64,000 nt of DNA. It comes from Heteronotia binoei (lineage: Eukaryota). The position numbers were made by a program, and so were the translations under genes. The first letter of the stretch is position 1. Each line of letters begins with the position of its first letter. The stretch is from positions 58,094,001 to 58,158,000 of the forward strand of contig NC_083224.1 in the NCBI RefSeq assembly GCF_032191835.1, given 5' to 3'. Under the pieces are notes generated by a model that did not search any database, was not told where the DNA came from, and saw only the letters and a program-made list of their open reading frames with translations. This document shows positions 37,110-48,783 of the stretch, in pieces.

Positions 37110-37560
37110 GTAAGTTGAGAGCTCTATTTTCTTCTCTTGGTTTAATTTAGATCTTTTTACAGAACTGTAAAAATGATAATAGTACATTGTTAAATTTTTA
37201 TTTTGACTATAATAGGTCTGAAGAGGAAATAAAATATAAAACAGGTCTGAATAGATAAGAATTGCATCTAAGCTCTACTAATGGCTAGGTGTCTACACTG
37301 TGCCAGCTTAGTAGGATTTTAAGATCCAATATCAGAAGGAGTCACAGTGTAATCCCGCATGAAACATGTGTTGGGAAACATGTGTGAGGGTTTAGAGAAG
37401 GTACAGTAAATAGTAGGTGTCCAAAAACTGCATGAGAAAAGATCACTGAGTGAAGACAATGGAGATTAATGAAGAAGGCTTTGAGAGAGGATGATGACTG
37501 AGAACAATTTATTATATCTATTTATTATATAATTGCTGTTTAAAATCTGATGGCTGTAAT

Positions 37561-37752
37561 CATTGTTCCCGCTAAGCTGTGGAGTCCTGTGAGCAAAAAT
37601 TCTACTTTGTGAGCTACTGGCATTGAAGTTGTGAGCTACTGTATAAATTGGTTTGCTCTGGGGCTGTTTTTCCTGAGCTAAGACAAAAATATGTGAGCCA
37701 GAGGCAAAAAAACTGAGCTAGCTCACATTAACTCAGCTTAGAGGGAACACTG
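37561..37752. mobile_element. hAT MITE (CAGTGTTCCC-type TIR)
   Basis: TIRs cattgttcccgctaagctg / cagcttagagggaacactg; perfect TSD gctgtaat. Confidence 0.9.
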
Positions 37753-38143
37753 GCTGTAATCGTGTTGTGAGCTGCCTCTCCAAAAACTTCAGTTGTGCCT
37801 CTTTGACATGGCTCCTGTGGCTCTTCTGGCCACTGTTCCCAAATGTTGTGCCCACCCAATATTCTAGGAATGTGTGCAATAATTTCAACAAAACCACTCA
37901 AATAAAATTATATGATTCTACTTACCCCTGACCAGAAACCCATGATTTTAAATTTGCCTTTTGTTTTTGACTTGTTGCAGTTGATAAACATGGGACAAAA
38001 CTGATCTTTGGAGCTTAATGTGTGATACCCAAATCAATAACTTAATTAAACATAAATCAATAGATGTCACAATAGATTAAGTGGAAAAGAGCTTCAAATG
38101 CATGGATAGAATTAATATTCTTCTAAAATTACAATTTCTATAG

Positions 38144-38250
38144 GTGTGTCAATGAAAGTCTGTTAGTACACGGAAAATCTGAATTTATCTTAAGTCTGAC
38201 CGATGAGTTTGGAGCATGGGAAATTGAAGCAGATCATGCTGTATCTACAG
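38144..38250 (+). CDS. Novel chitinase-like gene, coding exon 5 (CVNESLLVHGKSEFILSLTDEFGAWEIEADHAVST), Vps62-like
   Basis: 107 bp, phase 2-1, tttctatag acceptor and GTAATC donor; completes the YRCV motif across the junction. Confidence 0.85.
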
Positions 38251-39589
38251 GTAATCCTACTTAGTATAGCTGCTACAATAACATAACAGCAAGAGATATC
38301 CGGGTGGGTGGCCATGTTGGTCTGAAGCAGTAGAACAAAGTCTGAGTTTTGTGGCATGGCAGATTTAAATGTACTCTGATCTGGTCTGAAAATAACTCTA
38401 TACAGCCAATTGCCCCACTTCAATTAAAAAGATGTTGCAAGGTCATCTCCATGCTTGACAGGAGAAGGATGGAACCTAAGTCAGACTCTCACCACAATTA
38501 AGGATACTTCAGTCTCCAATTCTGACATATTTATAACCTTTGGTATGTTCCTCCCCATAGTTGAATCCAAACAGATGATAACCATATATACTAAACTAAT
38601 TATTATTTCAGTCTGTTAAGACACCTTCATTATTTTGTATGCTGATTGACAGTCCACCCGCCATATGTATGACTGTTATTTCTATTTTCATTCTATTGTA
38701 TCCGAAGAAGTGTGCTTGCAGACAAAAGCTCATAACCTGAATAAAACTTAGTTGGTCTTAAAGGTGCCGCTGAACTCAAACTTTGTTTTAAAGAGCAAAA
38801 GGATTGTACTAAGGAAGAATAAATGGATAATCTATATTTTTTAGAATGAATCTTCCATAAAACTTGTAAGACCGGATATGTAACATTTGGCAACTAGAGA
38901 TACCTTTTAACATGTATCTGTGTTGTGATCACAGCCCGCAAATTTTACAGGCAGACTTTGTGAGCTTAATATTGCCTATGGACGGACAATTTTCTTTGCT
39001 AGAGGAGCTTCAGTGCTTATGTCCTTTTTTATTAATTACATGCTGCCTCTCTAGAGACCTGCTCAAAGCAGCTTGCATAGTAAAACAGTAGACAATAAAA
39101 TCACATTATACTGTATTATATTATATTAATAAAAGAAGCCATAAAGGAAGCCAGGGGTATAAAACAGCATGAAAATATTCATCAGTCTAAAGTATTATTC
39201 ATAAAACAATCTATGGGCTAGATAAGATTGACCATTTCAGTTAAAAGCTTGGGTAAAGATAAATGTTTTATCCTGGCACCTAAGGAACAGTAAAGTAGAT
39301 GCAAAAAAACAAAAACAAAAAACAACCCTTGTGGAGGAAGGCTTATGTGTAAAGTGGTGTCAAATTTCTGCTGATTTACATTGATCCTATAGGATTTTCA
39401 AGGCAAAAGACACTGTATTTACTAACAGAAGTTTCCGACCCACCAAAGTATGTTACAGAAATATAAACCCAATGTGATCAGAGCATAGATAATAATGTTC
39501 ACAGAATGCTTTTTTGAGGAGTGGCTGTAATTGGTATGTAAGACAAAGCTGGTAAAAAGCACTGTGTGTCATGGAGGAAACCCCCACAT

Positions 39590-41010
39590 AGTTCCAGACC
39601 CAGCAGCACCCCTGAGCTACAAACATGATCCTTCAGCAACAGCATCTGTTCCAGGATAAGCTGATTTATGAACCATTGAGCTGGTGTAAGCAGCCAATAG
39701 TTCCTCAGTCTTGTCTGGACTAAGCTTCTGTTTACTTTCCATTATCCAACCTATTACCTTGTCTTGGCATTTGTTTAGGACTTCCACAGCCCCACTCATC
39801 TCAGGTGTTAAGGAAGAAACAGAACTGGGCATCATCCTCATATTGTGGCATGTCACTTCAAAATAGACTTGTCAATCCCCAGGTCCGGGGGGGGGGGAGT
39901 TCTTCCACTTTCCCAGGCTACTTCCCGCCCCCAGTCAGCTGGCTGGCGGGGGAAGCCCCTCCCCCAGAGGACCATGTGCCTTTCCACCTCCGGAGGCTTC
40001 AGTCTCCGATTGAAAGGCTTCCTCTTGGGATGGTGTGTCTGTGTTACTTTGAAGAAGCTGGCAGCAACTCGTGAGTAGAAAGGCCAATCCCTTGCTTCAG
40101 AGTCGCCAGAAACGGGGTGGTGGTGGGGGGGAGGGAAACGTCTGCTGAGCACTTCATTATTCCCTATGTGGAGATCAATTCTCATAGGGTATAATGGGGA
40201 ATTGATCTGGAGGTTTCAGGGGCTCTGGGGGAGCTGTTTTTTGAGGCAGAGGCACAAAATTTTCCATATAGTATCTAGTGCCTCTCCCCAAATACCCCCC
40301 AAGTTTCAAAACAATTGGACCAGGGGGTCCAATTCTATGAGCCCCAAAAGAAGGTGCCCCTATCCTTCATTATTTCTTATGGAAGGAAGACATTTAAAAA
40401 GGTGTGCTGTCCCTTTAAATGTGATGGCCAGAACTCCCTTGGAGTTCAATTATGCTTGTCACACCCTTGTTCCTGGCTCCGCCCCCAATATCTCCTGGCT
40501 CCATCCCCAAAGTCTCCTGGCTCCACCCCCAAAGTCTCCTGGCTCCACCCCCAGAGTCTCCAGATATTTCTTGAATTGGACTTGGCAACCCTACTTCAAA
40601 ACCCCAAACAATCTCTGCAAATAGTTTAATGAAGATATTAAATAGCATGGGGAACAATAGGGTCCCTTGTGGGACCCTATACCACAAATGCAATGGAATC
40701 AAGCTACAGTCCTCCATCGCTTTCTGGAATAAGCAAGTCAAATTGGAATGGAACCATCATGCCCGCACCCCCCCCCCATCAATGCAGCTAGCCTCTCCAT
40801 AAGTATTGTAGGTGCCTGTTTTTTGGCCACTGTGTGACACAGAGTATTGGATTGGATAGGTCATTGGCCTGATCCAACATGGCTTTTCTCATGTTCTTAA
40901 GTATACTGTGGTCAATGGTACTGCAAGTCACCAAGAGATCCAGAAGATTGAAGAAGGATGCATTCTCCCAGTAAAGATAATCAACCAGTGTGACCAAACC
41001 CAGACTTGAG
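39590..41010 (-). mobile_element. Decayed L2-clade LINE region interrupted by a hAT MITE and a CR1 3' tail
   Basis: Degenerate LLDL...TIDH, VPQG..LFPMLFNIFIK and KLSPDKTE motifs; boundaries approximate. Confidence 0.65.
39864..40593. mobile_element. hAT MITE (TAGGGTTGCCAA family)
   Basis: Family termini (reverse orientation); perfect TSD cttcaaaa. Confidence 0.9.
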
Positions 41011-42983
41011 CCTGGACTAAAATGGGACTAGATAATCCATGCCCTCCAAGAGCACTTGAAGCTGCATAGCTATCACTTACTCAAGCACTTTGTCCAAGAA
41101 TGGCATGTTGGCCACTGGACTAGTTATATAGGCCATTTGGGTCCAGCGATCAGGGGCAAGTTGGGGGGCCCCACCCAGCCTACCTTGGCTCCATCTCCAA
41201 TCCTATCCTCAGCACATTACATTCTTGCAACCCAAAGGAGGGAGGGAGAGCATTCTGGCCAGCCCCAAGCAGAAGCCTGGAAGAAAGGATGGATATAATG
41301 CATCCTCTTTCTCCCTTTGCTTGGTTTTCTATTCCCCACTACCATATTTCCCATTGATACCTCTGATTAACCTTGCAGTTATAAAACAGAAATCTACAAA
41401 GTCATTTTAAATACTAATATTGAAAGAGCACAGACTTGGTAAGGGGAAAAAACCACAGAGTAAAAAATACTAGAAGTAATCAAAACATTAAATATTGATA
41501 AACCTCCAGGAAGGAAGGAATTCTCAGCAGAATTCTGTAAGCAGTCCAGCAACAAAATACTGACTTCCCCTAACTGATCTCTTTCATGCTGTCCTAAAGA
41601 AGGGCAGAATCTTCGAGATATAGTGAGAGACAAAAGTAGTATATGTATCCCATGAATTGCATCCCATGGTATCCTACTTCCTGCTGAAACAGGACAGAAA
41701 GTTATTCACATCTCTGATTGTTGGCAGAATTTTTAAATCAAGGAATACATAATAAACCATTAAATGTTATGCTATTGAACCAAATGTCAGACAACATCAG
41801 ACATCCTTAAATATTATAAACTATAGCAAAATTAAGTCCATCACATCCCTACTGACTGGCAGCATTAAGCTTTTAATCAAGGAAGGAATACATTTTGCCA
41901 AACCTTTATGTGAAAAAAGTCATACAACCTTGGTTTTCTATAGTTTATTTTTTAATGCAACAAGAAGTCCTACCAGCTAATGCTCTGTATCAATCTCTGA
42001 TTTATTTTTAGGTAATTAGTTTATCAGTAATATTTTATGTTAATTGTTTTTTAGTTTAATAGACTAATCAAATAGTTAATTGTGTCATATCTTAATAAGT
42101 ATAAGAGCTTTGTTATATCTTTAGTTGACCTATGCTTTAATGTAGCCATATTATGTATGAAACAGTATTACGTGTAAGAACTGTGGTAGTTTATTCTGTT
42201 AAAAAGTTAATAAAAATTGTAAATGGGGAAAAAATGAAGGAATACATAATAAACATTAATGTTTTATGCTATCAAACCAAATGTCAGACAACATCAGACA
42301 TGCTTTAAACATTATCCATTTTAACAAAATGAAGTCCATCCCCTTCACAAAAATTTAACTTACTGCTGAGAGAGCTTCACAGAATGATTCATACCAAAGA
42401 TAGAAACATACAAACTTTGGACTATATTCTTCCAGAAAATATTTTAGAGCAACCCAAAAGCCATATGTGGAAGTTAATGACTTCCAATTGATAGACTTCC
42501 TGGTTTGGCGAGAACTCAACAGGGATAACTGTTGTCTCCCTTCTTCCTTGTCATGTCTCTAGAGTCCCCAGCTGAAGCAATTAGATGCAACCCTAATCAC
42601 CATAAGATTAGCTTTTCCCCAATGATATAATACTTTATGCCACCTTCCCAGAAACCTCAGTTTTCTATATTCAAGAGAAATTGGACAAATATACCAGAGT
42701 GTTGGCTTTTAAAATAAGCCTCCTGACCTGCAGAGCTATTAGCTCACATGGGTCTCATCACCTTAGGAATAAACTTTCTCAGGGTTCGAAAGGGTTGCTG
42801 AGGAGAAGAATGTGAGAAAGATCCATGATCCTTGTGTCCATGATCACAGGATCTAACCTAGTGTATGAGGCCCCTTTTAAATCTATTTGGTTGAAGTATA
42901 TCGATATAGCATGCTATCAATAAGGAAAAAGTGCTGTTATGTTAACCTTTGTATCTGGATTATTTTAGATGGCTTATCTGCAG

Positions 42984-43100
42984 GAACTTTTATAATTATG
43001 ACCAATCACCCTGAACACATGGAAAGAGTCTACGTCCTCAATGAATACAAAGTTATGTTAAAACAACATGCATCTCTTCAGTCAAATGATTCTGAGGATG
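42984..43100 (+). CDS. Novel chitinase-like gene, coding exon 6 (GTFIIMTNHPEHMERVYVLNEYKVMLKQHASLQSNDSED), end of Vps62-like domain plus linker
   Basis: 117 bp, phase 1-1, GTAAGT donor; GTF motif. Alternative in-frame acceptor at 42969. Confidence 0.82.
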
Positions 43101-43476
43101 GTAAGTTTGCTAGCAAGAAGAATCAAGTTATATTATATATGAATGTTGGGATCACATATTACCATTTGTAGACTTTCTTCCAAACAGAATGTTAGAAAAA
43201 GTTATGTACATAGCAAAAGGCTTACATGCCCCAACATCTTTATTTATTTATCTGTTTATTTATTAAATTTTAATTATTTTTTACCACCCTTCACAACTTG
43301 TGTGGGGCTCAAGATGGTTAAATTTTTTTTAGTTCAATACAATGTAAAACAAGGTAAAACCACAAAGACACAATGTTTAAAACATTCAGAACATTTAAAT
43401 ATTTGAAAACATATACAGCCAATTTAGTAGTGTGATTGATAGATAAATAGATCAAGATGGGTAGTCTGTCTGTAGC

Positions 43477-43755
43477 AGAAGAAGAAGATATTGGATTTAT
43501 ATCCCGCCCTCCACTCCGAAGAGTCTCAGAGCGGCTCACAATCTCCTTTACCTTCCTCCCCCACAACAGACAACCTGTGAGGTGGGTGGGGTGGAGAGGG
43601 CTCTCACAGCAGCTGCCCTTTCAAGGACAACCTCTGCCAGAGCTATGGCTGACCCAAGGCCATTCCAGCAGGTGCAAATGGAGGAGTGGGGAATCAAACC
43701 CGGTTCTCCCAGATAAGAGTCCGCACACTTAACCACTACACCAAACTGGCTCTCC
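43477..43755 (-). mobile_element. tRNA-derived SINE with (TTC)n tail, of a type I associate with gecko genomes
   Basis: Minus strand: ggtgtagtggttaag A box, ggtttgattcc B box, body, tcttcttcttct tail. Confidence 0.85.
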
Positions 43756-44349
43756 AGTAGCAGTAGAAAAGAAGAGCAAGACTGATTTCCCATTCACCTT
43801 ACGCCGCTCTCACGTTCGTCTTCTCAGAGGGGCTTCCTTCCTTCTGATTTCACGCTATCTGCCTTGGGGCTGCAGCAAGCTTCAGCATTTCTGTGCGGCA
43901 AACAGAAACTGGTTTTTAGAGGTTTCTGTTTGCTGCATGAAAACACCAATGCTTGCTGCAGCCCCGGGGCAGATAGCGTGAAATCGGAAGGAAGCCTCGC
44001 TGAGAAGATGAACATAAGAGTGGTGTAAGGTGAGTGGGAAATCGGTCCAAGAGTCCAGTAGCACCTTAAAGACTAAGGAATGAAGAAGTGAGCATTGACT
44101 CACAACAGCCTGCCACAAAGTTTGTTAAGGTGCTATTAGACTCAGCGCCACATTATAACTTTTGTAGGTCCTAGGCACTTTTCCTGTGGGGATTGTGTAC
44201 GGTGTTCTGCACAATTTCCATATGCCTTGCAGATAGGTGTCACATTCAGTGAACCACCTGACACTCCAAAAGATCAGCTTTATAGCATAAGCATGAAACA
44301 ATACTGTAGATTTGTTAAAACAACCACACAATTTTTGTTTTCTTACCAG

Positions 44350-44554
44350 GGTCTCCTTGCAAGATTGTATGTTACATCACTAAGTGGGCTCAATTCCGGC
44401 GTGATCCTACAAAGTTTTACCCAGAGGATATAGACCCAGATTTGTGCACTCATATAACATTTGCCTTTGCGATCATAAGCAAAAACCAACTCTCCCTTAA
44501 TGGATGGGATGAAGGAAGTGTCCTTTTCTCCCAGATTCAAACATTAAAGAAGAG
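44350..44554 (+). CDS. Novel chitinase-like gene, coding exon 7: first GH18 exon (SPCKIVCYITKWAQFRRDPTKFYPEDIDPDLCTHITFAFA...)
   Basis: Clear GH18 motifs VCY..WAQ.R and IDP.LCTH..AFA; 205 bp, phase 1-2. Confidence 0.95.
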
Positions 44555-45568
44555 GTCAAGTTTTGTTTGTTGGTTTTTAAAATGCTTAGATACAATATGA
44601 GATATAAATGTGAGCTGAGAGGGAAAGGCTGCTTACACTTTGTATAATATTTAAGCATTCTATGGGGAGTCTGAAGACTCAGATTCTATTCTAGCATAAA
44701 TTGATCTAAACACTAAGAGGATCCAAGGAAGAATTTGCCAGGTAATGATTTATAAACAGGATAAGAAAGTTGTAAGAAAGAAAATATTGTTTTGGCCTTA
44801 CTGATATACTGTTAGCCATCCATGGGTGAGAACTGCGGATATCTAAAACTAAGGATTGGGTCCATTTGGAGGCTAAAGAGATTTTTCTGCACACTTGAGA
44901 GACTCCCCAGCTGTGCAGAAAAATCTGAAAATAAAAAAGCTGTGAAGAGGTGGCAGCTGTGAAGCCCAGGGCTCATGCTGGACCCAGCAGCCGTGATAGT
45001 GGCTACTCAGTTGGGCCTCCATACTGGGCTCAGCAGTGGCAGTAGCATCTGCACAGCCCAAGGCTCTCCATTGGGTCCAGCGATGGCAGTGGCTATGCAT
45101 CCTGGGGCTCTGTGCTAGACCCAGCAGTGCCCCATGCAGCCTGGCAGCCACATTGGGCATACTGCTGCACTGTGGCTGGGCTCCCAAGGAGTCATGCCAG
45201 ACAGTGATTGGGGGAGTGAGATTCTGCCCTGCAAGTTTTGTGGGGGGCCTACATGATTTAGCAAACACAGCATGTCCAGTGGTTCACCAGAACATCTCTA
45301 ACACCTGTCACTGAAGGGGGCAAGGGATTCCCTTTACTAGAGGGAGTCAAGAAGCAGCAGCAGAGATACTAGGGCTGTTAATGCCACTCTATATAGGCAC
45401 CCAGCTCCTGAATGAATAGTGAAATCTGGTGCTGGCAAATGATGCCATCAGTTTCACCCATGACAGTTAGTACTAGCTAATGATGAGCAGCTGTGTGTCT
45501 ACGCAATGCTTCAGTGGCAGCCCTGATGTCTCTGTGGCTTCCTCTAGATATTCTCTACTGACAGCAAC

Positions 45569-45733
45569 CAGGGCTTTTTTTCTGGAAAAAGAGGTTCCGG
45601 AACTCTCAAGAGGGAAACGGAGAAACACATGGGCGCCCCTCATGAACTTTTAAATATTTTTTTATAATTGTGTTTCCAAAAGAGGTTCCAGAACTCTGCC
45701 ACTGCATTTCCCCAGGGGGAAAAAAAGCCCCTG
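45569..45733. mobile_element. hAT MITE (CAGGGCTTTTTT family)
   Basis: TIRs plus perfect TSD acagcaac. Confidence 0.88.
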
Positions 45734-46021
45734 ACAGCAACAAATTCTCTTCAGGGACTTTCAGGGGCAGTTTTCCAGGCAAACTGCTACAATAGCCTTC
45801 CAAAGCAGCCATTTTCTTCAGATGAATTGGTAAGCATCCAATAGCAGCCAAAACATCTAGTAATGAGAAATACAAATATCCTGAATCTGAGTTTACATGT
45901 TTGGTTTGCTGAAGTGCATGTGTGTGTGTGTAATAACAATGGTTATAGATTTCCTACAAAAAAAAAACCTGCTCCCAGTTTTTTACTTAAATATATCAAA
46001 TATATTTCATTTTTTTCACAG

Positions 46022-46075
46022 AAATCCAGCATTGTTTATTTTGTTAGCTGTTGGAGGAAACAGATTTGGCACTGC
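46022..46075 (+). CDS. Novel chitinase-like gene, coding exon 8 (NPALFILLAVGGNRFGTA)
   Basis: Equivalent of the GH18 K.LLAIGGWNFGT exon; 54 bp, phase 2-2, GTGAGT donor. Confidence 0.92.
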
Positions 46076-46597
46076 GTGAGTTTTCTCATTCACTTTTGAA
46101 AGGTGAAAGGACAGGGATAGTGATGGCAGACATGATAAGGAGCTAATGACTGGGGAGGGGTATGTGAACTAAGCTACTACTGTCACCAGACTTCCACTTG
46201 TGAACCTCCTTCTGCTTGAGGCAAGGGAAGGTGGGAGGAAATCTACTTCTGTGATCTCTTGCAATTGATCCAATTTTCTCAATAGGCTCTGGTTCTGTAT
46301 AAGCAGCAGCAAATCCTATTTGGTTGGTCATCTCTTCTTTGATACTGTACTTGCTAGCACCAGAGGTTTGATTTGCTTGTGTCTCCTGGAGAGCAGGCAT
46401 TTGAGTGTGTGGGGGGTGGAGAGGCATATACTATATACTCTCCTCAATGACAGAACACAGTAGACAGAAATGTTTTCCTGAATTTGACAGGACACAGGCT
46501 GTACAGATGGGGAGGAGGGGTGTTGGAGAGGCTAATGAGACATGAAAAAATATCAGTGGTATGGAAGGATATGAACTCTCTACCTGAGATAGATCGA

Positions 46598-46706
46598 TGG
46601 GTAGCTGTGTTACTCTGTCTGTAGTAGTAGAAAAGAGTTCAGTAGCACCTTAAAGACTAACAAAGAGTATGAGCTTTCATGAGTCACTGCTCACTTCTTC
46701 AGATCC
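46598..46706 (-). mobile_element. Penelope-like terminal-repeat fragment containing a minimal type I hammerhead motif
   Basis: Minus: GGAT CTGAAGA A GTGAG cagtga CTCAT GAA AGCT C ATAC; related copies at about 23080, 38700, 44080 and 47845. Confidence 0.7.
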
Positions 46707-48294
46707 TTTTCACTTCTTCATAGTCTCAACCTGAGAAACTATGCAAATCATTCTGAGCTCAGTCAATGTTTTAATTGTATTTAAAACCTTATGGGGGGTG
46801 TCAGATCAGTGTTATGGCACTGAGCAGGACAGGGAAAACAATGTTTTGTTTTTAGTTCAGGCCCCAATGGGGTGATCCTCACATTTAAGCATGTCTATCT
46901 GTTCATGGGTGGAATAGTTTATGGTCAGATAATTATAATGCCCATGAGGAAGGCTGTTTGAATCCTGTGCCCTCCTGTGTTGGATTCCCCTGCATGAAGC
47001 AAGATTTGCATTTGCTCCACAGAAATCCAAGGAGGGGTGTTGGAAGTCAACCTTCTGTATGTTAACTTTAGCTTAGTGTTCCATTTTCCTGTTTCTTTCC
47101 TTAGTTCTGTACAACTAGTAGGCATGATCAGGGCCAGTCCTAGATTGGGCTATCATGCCCAGTTCAGTGCCCCTGAAGGCTGGTGCCCTAGGCGATAACC
47201 TAGTTTGCCTAGTGGCAGGGCCAGCCCTGGCCATATTTATTTTTCCCGACTTGTTCTCTAGCTTAACCTGTGGACTTGTAACAAAAGGAAAAAACTGTAT
47301 AAAAGTAACAACTGTTGATACAAGTCTTGGCTTGCTACTCTATATTTTGAAACAATTTATTATCAGTATTATTGACAGAAAAACACTACCCACTAGATGC
47401 CAGATTTTAACATTGGCAAAATTACAATAGAAGGTTTATATTACAGCAGCAGCAGCAGCAATGGATTGCCTAGGTAACTATCCATTTAATTCGCCTTCTT
47501 TAGGCTGCAGTACACTAGTTAAAGCCTTGAATTCAATAATGGAATGCCCAGTATTTCCATCAAATTTATATTTAGACACTGTGCTTAGCACAGAGACATT
47601 TTGAATCTGACAAAGGGTAACCCCTAATGGAAGACTGTTGATCTTTGAGGCTCCAACTGAAACTGTCTATACAACAACTGTAAAAACTGGAGAGTGTCTA
47701 AATATAAATTTGAAGGAAGAAATGTTGGTTGTCTTGAGCTGCTCTTACATCTTTTATTTCCTAAGAAATGTAAAAATACCTACTTCTTCTGTTTATAGAT
47801 TCAGGTGGGTAGCCGGGTTGGTTTGAAGCAGCAGAACAAAGATCTGAAGAAGGTTGCATGCATGCACATAAAAGCTTCTATCTTGGATAAAACTTTATTG
47901 GTCTTAAAGGTGTCACTGGACTCCAAGTTTTTCTTCTATTGAGTTTGTCTAAGACTCTACCTCCTTGAAATCTGAAACCCATGTTCTTTACCTGTTCAGA
48001 CAAAGTTTGTTCTCTACTTTTATTGACTGAATTCATGGTTTCTTTACTACCACCTTGAAGAATAAAGTCATGAGCCGACAAGCTATTTTATCAGATTGGG
48101 AGCAGCAGTTTTTTGTTTTTGTTACCAGTAAGAGGGAACAATCCTTTGTCCTGAATCTATAATACTTTGATACATTTTATAGCGTTGATGAACTAGATCT
48201 CAACCATTCCTTTACCAACTCATTCAGAAAGACTGATAAACTTTCAAGCTCTCTATAGAACTGTTGTTTAATGAAGCACTTTCCCCACCCCCAG

Positions 48295-48460
48295 TTTCAG
48301 CCCCATGCTTTCCACAACAGCCACCCGCAAGAGCTTCATTGACTCAGCTGTATCCATGCTACGGAGTTATGGCTTTGATGGAATCGAACTGCACTTTAAA
48401 TATCCTGGGAGTGGGAGAAGTCCCGCTAAGGACAAGCATCGCTTTGCTTCACTGACTGAG
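48295..48460 (+). CDS. Novel chitinase-like gene, coding exon 9, carrying the degenerate catalytic motif FDGIELHFKYPG
   Basis: 166 bp, phase 2-0; LRSYGFDGIELHFKYPGSGRSPAKDKHRF aligns to [29 protein letters not shown] of AMCase. Confidence 0.95.
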
Positions 48461-48538
48461 GTATGAAATCAATAGGTTTAGCCAATTATTTGGTTCTACT
48501 AAGCAGGGAAGAAGCTGAAAAGACCTTTGCTTTCCTAG

Positions 48539-48663
48539 GAAATGACAGCAGCTTTTGAAAAAGAGGCCAGAGAGACTGGAAATAAGAAGCTGTTACTTGC
48601 TGCAGCAGTTGCTGCTCGGAAAGAAACAATTGATGCTGCATATGAAGTTGGCAAACTGTCAAA
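48539..48663 (+). CDS. Novel chitinase-like gene, coding exon 10 (EMTAAFEKEARETGNKKLLLAAAVAARKETIDAAYEVGKLSK)
   Basis: 125 bp, phase 0-2, canonical splice sites, GH18 similarity. Confidence 0.95.
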
Positions 48664-48783
48664 GTGAGCTGAAAGAAAACTATGATTTTTCTGAGAGCAT
48701 TTTTTGGGGAAATAAAGTCTGATATAACAATGAAAAAAATCTTTCTATAATTGCTTTCTAACTCTAAATTATTTTTGTTGCAG

